Source: Nitrospinaceae bacterium (GTDB lineage Bacteria; Nitrospinota; Nitrospinia; Nitrospinales; Nitrospinaceae). Taken from it: a DNA stretch of 64,000 nucleotides. The notes under the pieces were generated by a model. That model searched no databases and had not been told where the DNA came from. It saw only the letters and a program-made list of their open reading frames with translations. The DNA lies in the NCBI GenBank assembly GCA_965223665.1, contig OZ245011.1, positions 1,280,001 to 1,344,000 of the forward strand, in the 5' to 3' direction. Of the stretch, positions 39,586 to 51,400 are shown one piece after another. The position numbers and the translations under genes are program-made. Positions within the stretch are counted from its first letter, which is position 1, and every line of letters starts with the position of its first letter.

Positions 39586-40245
39586 ATGACAAACAATAAC
39601 GAAGAAAATCAAGAGAATCCAATAAATGATGAAAACGCGGAAGATTCAGAAATTCTACCTGAAGAAGAGGTAATCCAAGAGGAATTAAGTGAACTTGATC
39701 AAACTAAACTTGAGCTTTCTAAAAAGGATGATGAGATAAAAAACTTTAAAGAAGAAATGCTGCGACAACGTGCAGAATTAGAAAATTATCGTAAGCGCCT
39801 TCAAAAAGATAAACAAGATAGCATTCAATATGCTAATGAACGACTGATTAAAGACCTGATCCCCATTTACGAAAATTTACTCCGCGCTTTAGATGCCCCC
39901 GATAACAATCCAGAAAGTCTTAAAGAAGGGGTTCAAATGATCTCCGACCAATTTTTGTCTTTTTTGAAAAAAGAAAAAGTTGAACCCATTAAGGCAGTCA
40001 ATGAAAAGTTTGACCCCGCCTTTCATGAAGTGATGACTCAAATGGAGTCTGAGGAGCATGAAGAGGGCATCGTGATTCAAGAATACTCACGGGGTTATTT
40101 ATTAAACGGTCGTGTTATTTCACCATCTAAAGTTGTGATTTCGAAAAAACCCGCTCCTGATGATAAAGCAACAAACAGCAACGGTGAAGAATCTCAAGAA
40201 AAAAAATCAGGTGACACTTCCCCTGAGACAGAAATTTCTGCTTAG
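39586..40245 (+). CDS. grpE: Nucleotide exchange factor GrpE
   Basis: RAELENYRKR, FDPAFHE, GYLLNGRVI.P.KV. Confidence 0.95.
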   Translation: MTNNNEENQENPINDENAEDSEILPEEEVIQEELSELDQTKLELSKKDDEIKNFKEEMLRQRAELENYRKRLQKDKQDSIQYANERLIKDLIPIYENLLRALDAPDNNPESLKEGVQMISDQFLSFLKKEKVEPIKAVNEKFDPAFHEVMTQMESEEHEEGIVIQEYSRGYLLNGRVISPSKVVISKKPAPDDKATNSNGEESQEKKSGDTSPETEISA

Positions 40246-40264
40246 TTGAGGTGATCAGTATCCC

Positions 40265-41083
40265 ATGCCTGAGCTTCCTGAAGTTGAAACTCTTCGAAGG
40301 GCGCTCCTTCCAATAATCCTCAATAAAAAACTCTTACAGCTTAAGTTTTATCGCCCCGATCTGAGGTTTCCCATCCCAAAAGAAACCCTGGAAGAAAACA
40401 TGAGTAATTCCAAAATAAAAGATATAACCCGTGTCGGCAAATATTTACTTATTCATAACGATGAAGGTGCCATGGGATGGCATTTGGGTATGAGTGGGCG
40501 GGTAATTCAAAGAGATAGTCTAAAGCCATTGGAAAAGCATACCCATGCGGCCTTTAAATTTTCCCCTTCTACTTTTCTCCACTTTGTAGATCCTCGGCGT
40601 TTTGGAAGTATTTTTTGGGTGGATAAAGACAAAGGTCACTCTTTAATAAACCATCTGGGACCAGATCCATTGTCTCCAAATACAACCGCAACAATCCTTA
40701 AGGAAGCTGCAAAAAAATGTAAAGGTCCCATCAAGGGGTTTTTGATGAACGCAAATCGATTGGCTGGCATAGGAAATATCTATGCTTGCGAAACTTTGTT
40801 TTCCATCTCTATGAACCCTAAGAAACCTGCTTACCGGCTCACCCTTCCCGATTGGGAGAAATTATTGGATGCTTTGAGAACAACTTTAAAAAAAAGTATT
40901 GCCGCAGGAGGTACAACTTTAAAAGATTTCTTTAGCACTGATGGAGCACCGGGATATTTCGCCCTGAACTTATCTGTTTATGGAAAAGAAGGAAAGCCCT
41001 GCCCTCGTTGTCAATCTCCCATTTGCCGTAAAGTCCATTCCGGAAGATCCACGTTTTATTGTAAAATTTGCCAAAAGCGTTAA
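40265..41083 (+). CDS. mutM: Formamidopyrimidine-DNA glycosylase
   Basis: MPELPEVET, HLGMSG, DPRRFG, GIGNIY, Zn finger CPRC..CKICQ. Confidence 0.96.
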   Translation: MPELPEVETLRRALLPIILNKKLLQLKFYRPDLRFPIPKETLEENMSNSKIKDITRVGKYLLIHNDEGAMGWHLGMSGRVIQRDSLKPLEKHTHAAFKFSPSTFLHFVDPRRFGSIFWVDKDKGHSLINHLGPDPLSPNTTATILKEAAKKCKGPIKGFLMNANRLAGIGNIYACETLFSISMNPKKPAYRLTLPDWEKLLDALRTTLKKSIAAGGTTLKDFFSTDGAPGYFALNLSVYGKEGKPCPRCQSPICRKVHSGRSTFYCKICQKR

Positions 41084-41123
41084 CTTGTCTTGCCAAATTT
41101 GGAATTTCATATTTTAATGAGGC

Positions 41124-42764
41124 ATGCCATTATCAATTGGAATTGTCACCTTAAACGCTAAGTTCATTCATACCTCTCTTAGCATAAGATATTTAAGAAA
41201 TGCTGCACGTGCTGCAAATTTTGAGAATGTATGGATTCAGGAATTTACAATTCACCAACCCATTTGGAAAATCGCGGCAGAAATTGATCGGTGCAAACCC
41301 GACATTCTAGGAATTAGTATTTATATTTGGAATCGCAAACAAAGTTTTGAGCTCATTGACTATTTAAAAAAACAAAAACCGGAGTTAATAGTTGTTATTG
41401 GGGGCCCGGAAGTTTCCTTTGAGCCACAATTATCAAAGGATTATTTCATTATTTCAGGTGAAGGTGAATCCAAATGGGTTGAATGCCTTAACTATTTAAA
41501 AAAAGGTGAAAAGCCATCTAAAGAAGTTCAATTTCGCTGGAACTCTTATGGAGAGGATTTGCCGGAGTTATACCCTGCCTATATTGATGAGGATTTTTCA
41601 AAATTAAAACACCGTTACGGATATATTGAGTCCTCCAGAGGCTGCCCGTACCTTTGCTCTTTCTGCATTTCCGCTCTTGATAAATCGGTAAGGTACTTTA
41701 ACGAAGAAACTATTTACCGCCAAATAAAAAGTTTGTTAAATGCAGGCATAAAAAAAATCAAGTTTGTGGATCGCACTTTTAATCTTAATCCCCATCGGAT
41801 GAAAAATTTAATGCAATGGCTTTCTAAGCGACTGGAAGCAGAATATCATTTCGAAGTAGTAGGAGATTTATTAACTGATGACATGTTCCAATTTCTCAAA
41901 ACAATGCCACGGGGATTATTCCAGTTTGAAATAGGAATTCAATCTACGGATAACGAGACACAATCTATAATTCAGCGGAAGCAGAACAAGGAAAAGTTAC
42001 TCCAGTCCATTAAAAAATTAATCGAGCAAGATAATATTCATATTCATTGCGATTTAATATTTGGATTGCCTGGGGAATCCTTGCAACAAAATTTAAATTC
42101 CTTTAGCGAAATTTTTGAGTTAGGACCACACGAATTACAACTTGGATTTTTAAAATTTTTACCTGGAACTCCCATTAAAGAAAAAATTGATTCTCATCAA
42201 TATCAGTTTATGACTGGCCCTCCCTATGAAATTGTTTCAAACAAGGATTTATCCGCTCAAGAAGTTTTATATTTGAAAAAATTTGAGGAAGCCTTTGATC
42301 TATTTTATAACTCCAAAAGATTTACATTTTCGATTGATCATTTATCCAATAAATATACAGCCATTGAAATTTTTGATCGGCTTTCGAAATCAATGGAAAA
42401 AAATAACGCCTTTTTGAATCCAACCTCGTTGGATAGTCAATACAAATTATTTGAAGAGACCTTTTCTTCTTCTAGAGAACCGTTGACTTTGGATATTCTA
42501 AAATTAGATTATTTGTATCATCAGAGGACCTATCGCCTTCCAGATTTCCTGCAAACTTCCTGGCCGAACGGTGGCAAATCTCAACCTTCTACTTGGTCGG
42601 GGGACCGGAAAACCCCCATATTTCCCTTTCACCATGAAATAAAATTGAATGGACGTTTCACTCAATTTAAACCCGTCGGCGACCCCATTTTATATGCAAT
42701 TGCTCATCCTCCCAAATCATCCGGTTATTTTGATGAACCTAAAATTGTTCGAATCGAAGCTTAA
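41124..42764 (+). CDS. B12-binding radical SAM protein
   Basis: N-terminal B12-binding-like domain (SIYIWN, GGPEVS); SRGCPYLCSFC; DRTFN; DLIFGLPGE. Confidence 0.88.
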   Translation: MPLSIGIVTLNAKFIHTSLSIRYLRNAARAANFENVWIQEFTIHQPIWKIAAEIDRCKPDILGISIYIWNRKQSFELIDYLKKQKPELIVVIGGPEVSFEPQLSKDYFIISGEGESKWVECLNYLKKGEKPSKEVQFRWNSYGEDLPELYPAYIDEDFSKLKHRYGYIESSRGCPYLCSFCISALDKSVRYFNEETIYRQIKSLLNAGIKKIKFVDRTFNLNPHRMKNLMQWLSKRLEAEYHFEVVGDLLTDDMFQFLKTMPRGLFQFEIGIQSTDNETQSIIQRKQNKEKLLQSIKKLIEQDNIHIHCDLIFGLPGESLQQNLNSFSEIFELGPHELQLGFLKFLPGTPIKEKIDSHQYQFMTGPPYEIVSNKDLSAQEVLYLKKFEEAFDLFYNSKRFTFSIDHLSNKYTAIEIFDRLSKSMEKNNAFLNPTSLDSQYKLFEETFSSSREPLTLDILKLDYLYHQRTYRLPDFLQTSWPNGGKSQPSTWSGDRKTPIFPFHHEIKLNGRFTQFKPVGDPILYAIAHPPKSSGYFDEPKIVRIEA

Positions 42765-42859
42765 CAGTATATTTTATTTTCAATTTTTTATTGGTCAGTA
42801 TATGATTGGTAGTTTATACAACCAAAACCAACCACTCGATTATTTCTAAAGGAATGGCT

Positions 42860-44551
42860 ATGTCCGAAATAAGTAAAAAAGGCTTAAACCAAAAAAGTCG
42901 AATGATCACTGAAGGCGATAAACGATCCCCCAATCGCGCAATGCTCCGTGCGGTGGGGTTTACTGATGATGATTTTGGAAAGCCTATTATCGGCATCGCG
43001 AATGGACAGAGCAATATTACTCCATGTAACGCAGGTTTAGGCCGTCTTGCAGATATAGCTTCTTCACAAATCACACAAAGTGGAGGAATGCCTCAAGTTT
43101 TTGGGACCATCACTATCAGCGACGGTATTTCAATGGGAACTGAGGGAATGAAATGTTCTTTGGTTAGTCGAGAGGTCATTGCGGATTCCATCGAAACCGT
43201 TTGCCGCGGTGCAGCCATGGATGCCGTAATTTGCATAGGTGGCTGTGATAAAAACATGCCTGGAGCCATGATCGCTATGGCTCGATTAAACATTCCTGGA
43301 ATTTTTATTTATGGGGGAACTATAAAACCCGGGCATTTGGAAGGAAAAGATCTTACTGTTGTTAGCGCTTTTGAAGCAGTGGGACAATACAGTGGGGGCA
43401 CCATTGATAAAAACGAACTAACTGATATTGAAAAAAATGCTTGCCCGGGTTATGGATCCTGTGGAGGTATGTTTACTGCAAATACAATGTCTTCCGCATT
43501 TGAAGCCTTGGGAATGAGTCTTCCATATAGTTCCACCATGGCAAACGAGGATAAAGAAAAAGAATTAAGCACTCAAGAGTGTTCTAAGGTTATTTTTAAT
43601 TTATTGGAAAAAAATATTCTACCTAAAGATATTATTACAAGAAAATCTTTAGAAAATGCAATTGCGGTTGTTATGGCAGTAGGTGGTTCTACTAATGCTG
43701 TTTTACATATGTTGGCCATTGCTCATAGTATGGGCATTGATCTTTCAATTGATGACTTTGAAAATATACGAAAAAAAATTCCTGTTTTTTGTGATTTAAA
43801 ACCCTCAGGGAAATATGTAACGGTTGATTTACATCAAGCAGGCGGCATTCCTCAAGTAATGAAAGTACTATTGAACGCAGGTTTGATTCATGGAGACTGT
43901 ATCACCTGCACAGGAAAAACTGTTGCTGAAAACCTGGAATCTATTCCCGATCAACCCAATTCAAATCAGGATGTTATTTTGCCACTTGAAAATCCCAAAA
44001 GCAAAGAAGGTCATCTTGTAATCCTCAAAGGGAACCTTTCCCCGGAGGGTTGTGTTGCTAAAGTATCGGGGATTAAAACAAGCCGTATTGAAGGTCCTGC
44101 AAGAATATTCAATTCGGAAGAAGAATGTTTAGACGCTATTATCGATGACAAAATCCAGGCAGGAGACATTGTGGTAATCCGTTATGAAGGCCCTCAAGGA
44201 GGACCAGGGATGAGAGAAATGTTAGCTCCCACCTCTGCAATTGTGGGAAAGGGATTAGGAGAAAAAGTCGGCTTAATTACAGATGGCCGATTTTCTGGAG
44301 GTACCTTTGGCTTAGTAGTGGGGCATGTGGCTCCAGAAGCTCAAGTCGGCGGAACCATCGCTTTATTAAAAGAAGGCGACCCCATCACTATTGATGTTAA
44401 TCAAAATTTGATCCAAGTCAACTTAAGCGAAGAAGAATTAAATCAAAGAAAAAAAACTTGGAAAGCTCCAGCAATTAAATATCAATCAGGTGTATTGTCT
44501 AAATATGCTAAGTTAGTTTCTACTGCTTCAAGGGGAGCTGTAACGGATTAA
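42860..44551 (+). CDS. ilvD: Dihydroxy-acid dehydratase
   Basis: [54 protein letters not shown] 42860 has AAGGA RBS. Confidence 0.96.
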   Translation: MSEISKKGLNQKSRMITEGDKRSPNRAMLRAVGFTDDDFGKPIIGIANGQSNITPCNAGLGRLADIASSQITQSGGMPQVFGTITISDGISMGTEGMKCSLVSREVIADSIETVCRGAAMDAVICIGGCDKNMPGAMIAMARLNIPGIFIYGGTIKPGHLEGKDLTVVSAFEAVGQYSGGTIDKNELTDIEKNACPGYGSCGGMFTANTMSSAFEALGMSLPYSSTMANEDKEKELSTQECSKVIFNLLEKNILPKDIITRKSLENAIAVVMAVGGSTNAVLHMLAIAHSMGIDLSIDDFENIRKKIPVFCDLKPSGKYVTVDLHQAGGIPQVMKVLLNAGLIHGDCITCTGKTVAENLESIPDQPNSNQDVILPLENPKSKEGHLVILKGNLSPEGCVAKVSGIKTSRIEGPARIFNSEEECLDAIIDDKIQAGDIVVIRYEGPQGGPGMREMLAPTSAIVGKGLGEKVGLITDGRFSGGTFGLVVGHVAPEAQVGGTIALLKEGDPITIDVNQNLIQVNLSEEELNQRKKTWKAPAIKYQSGVLSKYAKLVSTASRGAVTD

Positions 44552-44569
44552 TTTGCTTCAAAATGAATT

Positions 44570-45502
44570 ATGATTGAAAATCAAGAGTTACCGAAACAGC
44601 TCCTGGCAGGCCCCAATAAAGTCAATTTATATTATCTACATCAATTATTCCAGGTATCGGCAAATATGGTGAGCCAGTCTTTAAATGAAAGTCATGGCTG
44701 GGAAATTCCCATATCGGCGGGTATGTGGGGAGGGTCTTATCTAGTAGCAAATCACTTGGGAATTTCTCGCACCAACGTGGTAAGACTTTATTCAATTGTG
44801 AATCTGCCACAAAACACGCCATTAGACGATTCTAAAAATTTTGAACACTTGATGCAAATATACCAAACCACGTTTCAAAATAACTTCAATAGCTATGGAT
44901 TAAAATTAGTGGATCCGCATTGGGGAGAAAGAGTTCCATATTCAAATAATGCTCGGCCTACCACCACTCTCCAATTATGGGATGCTACCAACCGTGTCAA
45001 GTTTGTTCGAGCATTTTTCGTTTGGAATCAAGCTTCCTGGGCAGAGTCTATCATTTATGATTCCATAAGAAACATAAAGCAGATCAAAGAACTTTTAGAT
45101 ATCAATCATCGCCCTCCTAAAAAAGATTCACAAGAACTAAAGTTTATGCTGCAAGATACTCTAATAATTTACTTCACCCTTAAACCTGCATTGAACCCGG
45201 ATTTTATTGAGCACGCTGAACCCATTGTAAAAGAGTTATTTAATCACTTTATTTCCGGTCTTCATGATCCTGAAATTATTGAAGAACAATATCATAAAGT
45301 TTTTAGAAATGCCCTGGTCTATGGCTATGAAGAGGCGCTGGAAGCACCCTATAAAAAATATAATCTAGATATCCACAACTATGAAAACTGGCCCGCCGAA
45401 AAAATTAATTGGGTTCCCCCAGAATTAAAGAAAGAATTAATACCCTATTTGGAAGGAACTTTTGAAACTATTGGACAAAAATTAAAGCAGGAAGAAAATT
45501 AA
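44570..45502 (+). CDS. Hypothetical protein
   Basis: 310-aa ORF directly after ilvD; no family recognised. Confidence 0.7.
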   Translation: MIENQELPKQLLAGPNKVNLYYLHQLFQVSANMVSQSLNESHGWEIPISAGMWGGSYLVANHLGISRTNVVRLYSIVNLPQNTPLDDSKNFEHLMQIYQTTFQNNFNSYGLKLVDPHWGERVPYSNNARPTTTLQLWDATNRVKFVRAFFVWNQASWAESIIYDSIRNIKQIKELLDINHRPPKKDSQELKFMLQDTLIIYFTLKPALNPDFIEHAEPIVKELFNHFISGLHDPEIIEEQYHKVFRNALVYGYEEALEAPYKKYNLDIHNYENWPAEKINWVPPELKKELIPYLEGTFETIGQKLKQEEN

Positions 45503-45511
45503 AAAGGGCTA

Positions 45512-46315
45512 TTAAAATTGAAGAAGAATCCAACCGGCAATCCCTTTTTGCCCGTTAGTTTCTCGATTGCCACCATTCCACGCAGCAATAGCCATTGGAG
45601 TGGATCCCAAAAACTGCACATCTAAATCATCTTTGTTAGTCAGTTGTCTTTTAAAAACTACTTGCCAGCCTTTTTTTGTTCGCAAGCCTTTACCCGAAAC
45701 ATGCTGACTTTTTTGCTGAGTGAGAGTACTAAACCCCTCCGCGTTTAAATCTTCTACAGGAGAAAAATTAATTGACTTATTATCTGATGAACTCGAATTT
45801 TTCTTAAGCAGGTTATCCACCTTCCTTTGATGCACAGCTCGCCATTGCCAAATATTCACTTCTTCGGTTCCACTTCCCATGGTAATCGGAGGAATCTCTC
45901 GGTCTCTTCGCAAAGGAAACATAACTGCAATTTGGTCTGTATATAATTGAGTACTGGCTAGGCCATCATCCACAGAGTTGTCCTCCCATTCTAGCCGAAT
46001 TGCCAATTCCGAATCAGTTCTTGCTACACTCATCTGAACTTTTTTGATAGAAGGGTTGGGCCATTGTGGATTGGTAATTAATTGCGGGCCTAATTCTATT
46101 TGATGTTTTTGAGGTCCTTTAGGAGAAACCCAAAATGAAGCCTCAGGTGAAAGAGGGATCACCCCCTTAAATGGCGTCACATTAACTGATAAAATACATT
46201 CTCCATTCTCTTCACAATTTTCAAAAGAGGAATTCGATTGGCTGCAACCCATACCATATAAAATTAATAGGGAAAATCCAATACACAATATTCTCTGAAC
46301 AATATATCTTCTCAT
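45512..46315 (-). CDS. EbdC/NxrC-like heme b-binding lipoprotein (type II DMSO reductase gamma subunit family)
   Basis: Lipobox GMGC; RLEWED, DQIAVMFP, ITMG, VNIWQWRA, AEGFSTLT, W.VVFKR.L, AWNG...E.NGQK. Confidence 0.8.
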   Translation of the reverse strand: MRRYIVQRILCIGFSLLILYGMGCSQSNSSFENCEENGECILSVNVTPFKGVIPLSPEASFWVSPKGPQKHQIELGPQLITNPQWPNPSIKKVQMSVARTDSELAIRLEWEDNSVDDGLASTQLYTDQIAVMFPLRRDREIPPITMGSGTEEVNIWQWRAVHQRKVDNLLKKNSSSSDNKSINFSPVEDLNAEGFSTLTQQKSQHVSGKGLRTKKGWQVVFKRQLTNKDDLDVQFLGSTPMAIAAWNGGNRETNGQKGIAGWILLQF

Positions 46316-46345
46316 TTAAAAAATATCAGCAATTCGTTGGATAAA

Positions 46346-47665
46346 TTAAAAGGATTTTGCTAAAGATTCAATATCTCTTTTTAATTCTGGTGTACAAGGA
46401 CCTACCAAAACAATGGACATTTTATGGGGAACAAAAATCTCTGTCGCAACCCGTCGTATGTCTTCCAGGGTCACCTTGTAAATCAATCTTCGCTCTTCTT
46501 CGAGCGAAATTTCTTTTGAATAAAGCTGAGCAAATCCAAACCGAATGATCTGTTTATAAGGGTCATCCAAGTCTAAATCCAAATCAAAACTATATCTTTT
46601 TTTTACATGCTCTAATTCTTCCTGCAAGGGACCTTCATCAAGGAATATTTTTATTTCATCCAGTATTACTTTTGTGACCTCCAAAACTTTTTCTAAGCGT
46701 GCAGAAACATCAAAGTCAAACGTGCCAGTATCGGATAAACTTGTCGCCCGGCATTCACAGGAATAAACCAATCCCTTATCTTCTCTAAGAGCCCTTTGCA
46801 ATCTCGAAACCACTCCATCATCGAATATACGACTAATAAGAGCCACTGCAAAATAATCTGGGTCATTATATGAAACAGCTCGATAACATATTTGAACTTG
46901 GACCTGACTATCAGGGTTGTCCACAAAAAGACACTCGGGTTTTTGTTGGTCCTCTTTTACCGAGTTCAAAAAGTAATTCTTGGATATCAAGCGCCCCTTT
47001 CTTTGAAACCCTGAAAAGAAATCTCGCGTATATTGTTGAAACAATTCATGAACAATACGACCTGCACCAACAAATACCATATTTTCGGGATGATATAATT
47101 CATGAAAATATTTTTTTAAAGTTTCTTCATTGATAGATTGAATGGTTTGCTCCGTACCGATCGTGGGCCAGGCCAAAGGATTTCCAGGATATAACAAATG
47201 ACATGCCTGGTTATTTATATCAATATTTTCTCCATTTTCGTTGAGGTCCTCCAGACATTCTTCTAAAATGATCCCGCGTTCCAGTTCTATTGAAGGGAAG
47301 GTCGGCTCGGCAAAAAAATCTGCAAACAACTCAACAGACCGCTCCAACTCATCACATTGAGGGCTAAAACCATAATAAGTATATTCGCTAAGAGTCGAAG
47401 CTCGAAAATCACGTCCAATTTTTTCAAACTCTTTATTGAGAGCAATTGAATCAGGATATTTCTTATTTCCGCGGAATAACATATGCTCTAGAAAATGGGA
47501 AATCCCATTATTCATTTCATTTTCAAAACGCAAACCTGCTCGGACAAACATCGCTAATTCTGTAGAGTGGATGTGGGGCATTTCTATGGTTATTACTTTC
47601 AAACCATTGGAAAGTGTGTCTTCATATGTTTTAATGCCGACTTCAGGAGTAAGGTTCACATCCAT
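46346..47665 (-). CDS. M16-family zinc peptidase
   Basis: Inverted zincin HFLEHMLFRG; ERGIILEE; SRL...LRE.KGLVY. Confidence 0.92.
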   Translation of the reverse strand: MDVNLTPEVGIKTYEDTLSNGLKVITIEMPHIHSTELAMFVRAGLRFENEMNNGISHFLEHMLFRGNKKYPDSIALNKEFEKIGRDFRASTLSEYTYYGFSPQCDELERSVELFADFFAEPTFPSIELERGIILEECLEDLNENGENIDINNQACHLLYPGNPLAWPTIGTEQTIQSINEETLKKYFHELYHPENMVFVGAGRIVHELFQQYTRDFFSGFQRKGRLISKNYFLNSVKEDQQKPECLFVDNPDSQVQVQICYRAVSYNDPDYFAVALISRIFDDGVVSRLQRALREDKGLVYSCECRATSLSDTGTFDFDVSARLEKVLEVTKVILDEIKIFLDEGPLQEELEHVKKRYSFDLDLDLDDPYKQIIRFGFAQLYSKEISLEEERRLIYKVTLEDIRRVATEIFVPHKMSIVLVGPCTPELKRDIESLAKSF

Positions 47666-47736
47666 TTAAAATACCTCAAAATTTAAAGGGCGTTAGTATC
47701 TCATAATTTCTGGAAGGTTGTTTTAATTAAAATGCT

Positions 47737-48381
47737 ATGAATCATCATAATTGGAGTGAGTCCGATTATCAACGGGCAAAAGAATATATTTCAAGACAAG
47801 AAGAGGGAACTCAAACTTCCCCCTTATGGGACTGCGGAAATAATTTATTTATCATCATTCCAAAGGGGCTACCTGCCTTAGGCATAAGGTTTCATGGCTT
47901 ATTCATGCTTACACCCCTACCCTTAATAATGAGTGCTCTTGTATTTTTTCCTATTTATGGTTTCCTAAATGATTGGAAACTTTCTTTTACCACCCTTGCT
48001 ATTACTCTGGGATGCGCGTTGTTTTTTTTCGGACTTACCCGTGTAATTATTCTAATGGCAAAAAACCGGGAATTATTTCCAAGACAATATTTCATTACAG
48101 TTAGCCCTAACGGTGTCGCTATGCATTTCAATGGTTTCCATTTCCCGTTCAGAGAATCTAGGACATCGCTTCTCTGGAAAAACGTTATTAATATTCTCCA
48201 AAATAATGAGTTCTTTTTACCAGGCTTATTGTTAGGAAAATTAGTTATTAAAACTGTCAAGATAATTGGAGAAGAAAATAAGTCAATTATCATTCCTTTT
48301 TATTTAAATGGAAACCAGCAACAGGCTGAATTAGAAAAGATCAAATCCTTTTTAGATAATTATCTTGAAAACCAAGAATAA
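47737..48381 (+). CDS. Hypothetical membrane protein
   Basis: Two TM helices followed by a soluble domain. Confidence 0.65.
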   Translation: MNHHNWSESDYQRAKEYISRQEEGTQTSPLWDCGNNLFIIIPKGLPALGIRFHGLFMLTPLPLIMSALVFFPIYGFLNDWKLSFTTLAITLGCALFFFGLTRVIILMAKNRELFPRQYFITVSPNGVAMHFNGFHFPFRESRTSLLWKNVINILQNNEFFLPGLLLGKLVIKTVKIIGEENKSIIIPFYLNGNQQQAELEKIKSFLDNYLENQE

Positions 48382-48449
48382 AACCACAAGCCCAAAATAG
48401 TTGAATAACCGTCTCAAATTTTTAATAGAAAACAGAGCTTTTTGAATTA

Positions 48450-51400
48450 TTATTCGAAATGGATCGAGTCTTCCCCTAACAGGGCCTCAATCTGTTGAAT
48501 CACCTCGTCACAAGGTTTAACCTTTAAACTAGCTTCCAGAGTTCTTATTTTATTTTTTCTTTCCGGAAAAACAAAATGAACCAGCAGAGAATTTTCCCCT
48601 TTATGACTTTCAAGAATACTTTTGATTGACAACATCGTTTCTCTTTCAAGTCCTGGAGTTCTAATATTAATGTGAATTTTTCCTTTCCAATGATCTTTTG
48701 CTTCTGCTAGAGGAAAAATTTCTTTTGCAATTAATTTAGGAACACTATCCACTGAGTCCACAGTTCCTTTGACTAATATAGGTTCTTCTTTTTCTAATAA
48801 CCCCATACAAGACTGGTAGATTTCAGGCCAAAGTGTAACTTCCATGGTACCTTGAAGGTCCTCCAGGGTTACTAAAGCCATCTTGTCTCCCTTTCGCGTG
48901 ATTTTAGTAATTACCTTAATGGGCACCCCTGCCATATTTACATTTTTACCGTTATCTTCTTCAGAAATCCCTGCAGAATTTTTATCAGTAAACCAAATGA
49001 TATCTTTTTCATACCTTCTCAAAGGATGCCCTGAAACATAAAAACCGATTGTCTCCTTTTCAAAACGTAGACGATCATAATCGCTCCACTCCTTAACATC
49101 CTTAAAATTTTGTGATCCATTATCATCCATCGCATCCTTTTCAAACAGATCGAACATACTGGACTGGCCTAATTGCTGATCTCTTTGTCTTGCTTGACCT
49201 TGATCAATAAAACCCTGCAAATTTTCTATCATCCAGGCTCGGTTGTCACCAAAGCTATCGCAAGCCCCACTTTTCACCAGACTTTCAATCACCCTCTTGT
49301 TCACTAAGCGCAGATCCACATGCTCACAAAATTGTTTAAGAGAAGAAAATCCATTTAGAGAATTACGGGTTTCGATAATCGAATCCACAGCTGAAAATCC
49401 CACATTTTTAATAGCGCCTAAACCAAAGACTAATTTGTCTTCAGAAATGGAAAAATCTCTTTCACTGACATTCACATCAGGAGGCATAATAGTTATTCCC
49501 ATTTCGCGACAGTCATTTATGTAACGAATAACCTTATCGGAGTTATCCATTTCACTTGTTATTAAAGCTCCAAAAAATGGTAAGGGATAATGAGTCTTTA
49601 AGTACGCGGTCTGATAAGAGATTAAGGCATAGGCCGCGCTATGAGATTTATTAAACCCATAACCAGCAAATTTTTCCATGAGATTAAAAATCTTTTCTGC
49701 TTTTTTTTCGGGAATTTTATTGTGCTTAGCGCCAACATTAAATTTCTCTCTTTGCTGAGCCATTTCTTCAGGCTTCTTTTTTCCCATTGCTCGGCGCAGC
49801 AAATCTGCATCTCCCAAAGTAAAACCGGCAAGGACATTTGCAATTTTCATTACTTGTTCTTGATAAAGAATGACCCCATGCGTTTCTTGAAGGATTTCTT
49901 TTAATTGTGGAAGGTCGTAACTCTCTTCCATAGTCCCATGCTTGCGCTTGACATAATCATCAATCATTCCACTTTCTAATGGCCCGGGTCGGAATAAAGC
50001 TAATAGAGCAATAATATCTTCAAAACTATCCGGCTTCATTTTTTTTAGCAAATCTCGCATTCCAGAACTTTCCAATTGAAAAACTCCACGAGTTTTTGCT
50101 TCACTCAACAATTTAAATGTAGCCGCATCATCTTTGGGGATAGCATTAATGTTTAAATTTTCCCCCAATGAAGACTTTATCAATTTAAGCGTATTATGAA
50201 TTACCGTTAAAGTGCGCAAGCCCAAAAAATCCATTTTTAAGAGCCCCAGTTTCTCAATATGATTCATTGAAAACTGTGTCACGATTTCATCATTTCCGCC
50301 TTTATAAAGTGGCAAGAACTCAGTAAGTGGCTTTGGAGATATCACAACTCCCGCGGCATGGGTAGAGCAGTGGCGTGGTAAACCTTCCAGGTTTAACGCT
50401 ATCTCCATTAGTTCACTGACGTTCTCATTTTGTTTCTTAAGTTCTTTGAATCTAGGTTCTTCCTTAAGGGCATCCTTCAAAGTGATGTTCAACCGATTGG
50501 GAACCAATTTGGCAATTTTATCCACTTCGCCATAACTCATTCCCAAAACACGACCGACATCGCGAATCACTCCCTTAGCATTCATACTTCCAAAAGTTAT
50601 AATCTGAGAAACAAACTCGTTTCCTCCATATTTTTCGGAAACATGTTTTATGACCTCATCTCGCCCCTCAATACAAAAATCAATATCGATATCCGGCATA
50701 CTCACCCGCTCAGGATTGAGAAACCGTTCAAAGATCAACCCATATTGAATAGGATCCAAATCGGTAATTTTTAAAGCATAAGCCACTAAACTACCTGCTG
50801 CCGAACCTCGCCCAGGCCCTACAGGAATATTTTGCTCCCGGGCGTAATGAATAAAATCCCAAACAATTAAGAAGTACCCCGGGTACCCCATTTTCTTCAT
50901 TATTTGCAACTCTTCATTTAACCTTTCCTTATAAAGAGCTTGATCCACTTCTTTTCCTAACTTTTCAAATTCCTCAAAACGGTCTTGCAAACCCGCCTTG
51001 GAGCGATCTTCAAGATAAGTGGAAAGAGTAAATGATTCTGGAACTGGATATTCAGGAAGGTTGATTTTCTCGAAATCCATTTCTAAATTGCATTGTTCAG
51101 CGATCTTAATGGTATTTTTTATAGCCTCTGGAACATGGCGAAATAGGTGAGACATCTCCTCAGGAGATTTGAAATAATACTCATCAGAGTGATACTTCAT
51201 ACGATAGGGATCATCCATTGTTTTCCCGGTTTGCAAACAAAGTAAAATTTCATGAGCCCGGAAATCTTCTTTATTTAAATAGTGACAGTTATTTGTGGCA
51301 ACAACCGGGAGGTCTAATTTTTTCCCAATCTCAATGACTTCTTGATTTATCTTTTTTTGCCAATCCTGATTATGGTCCTGTAATTCTAAATAATAATTTC

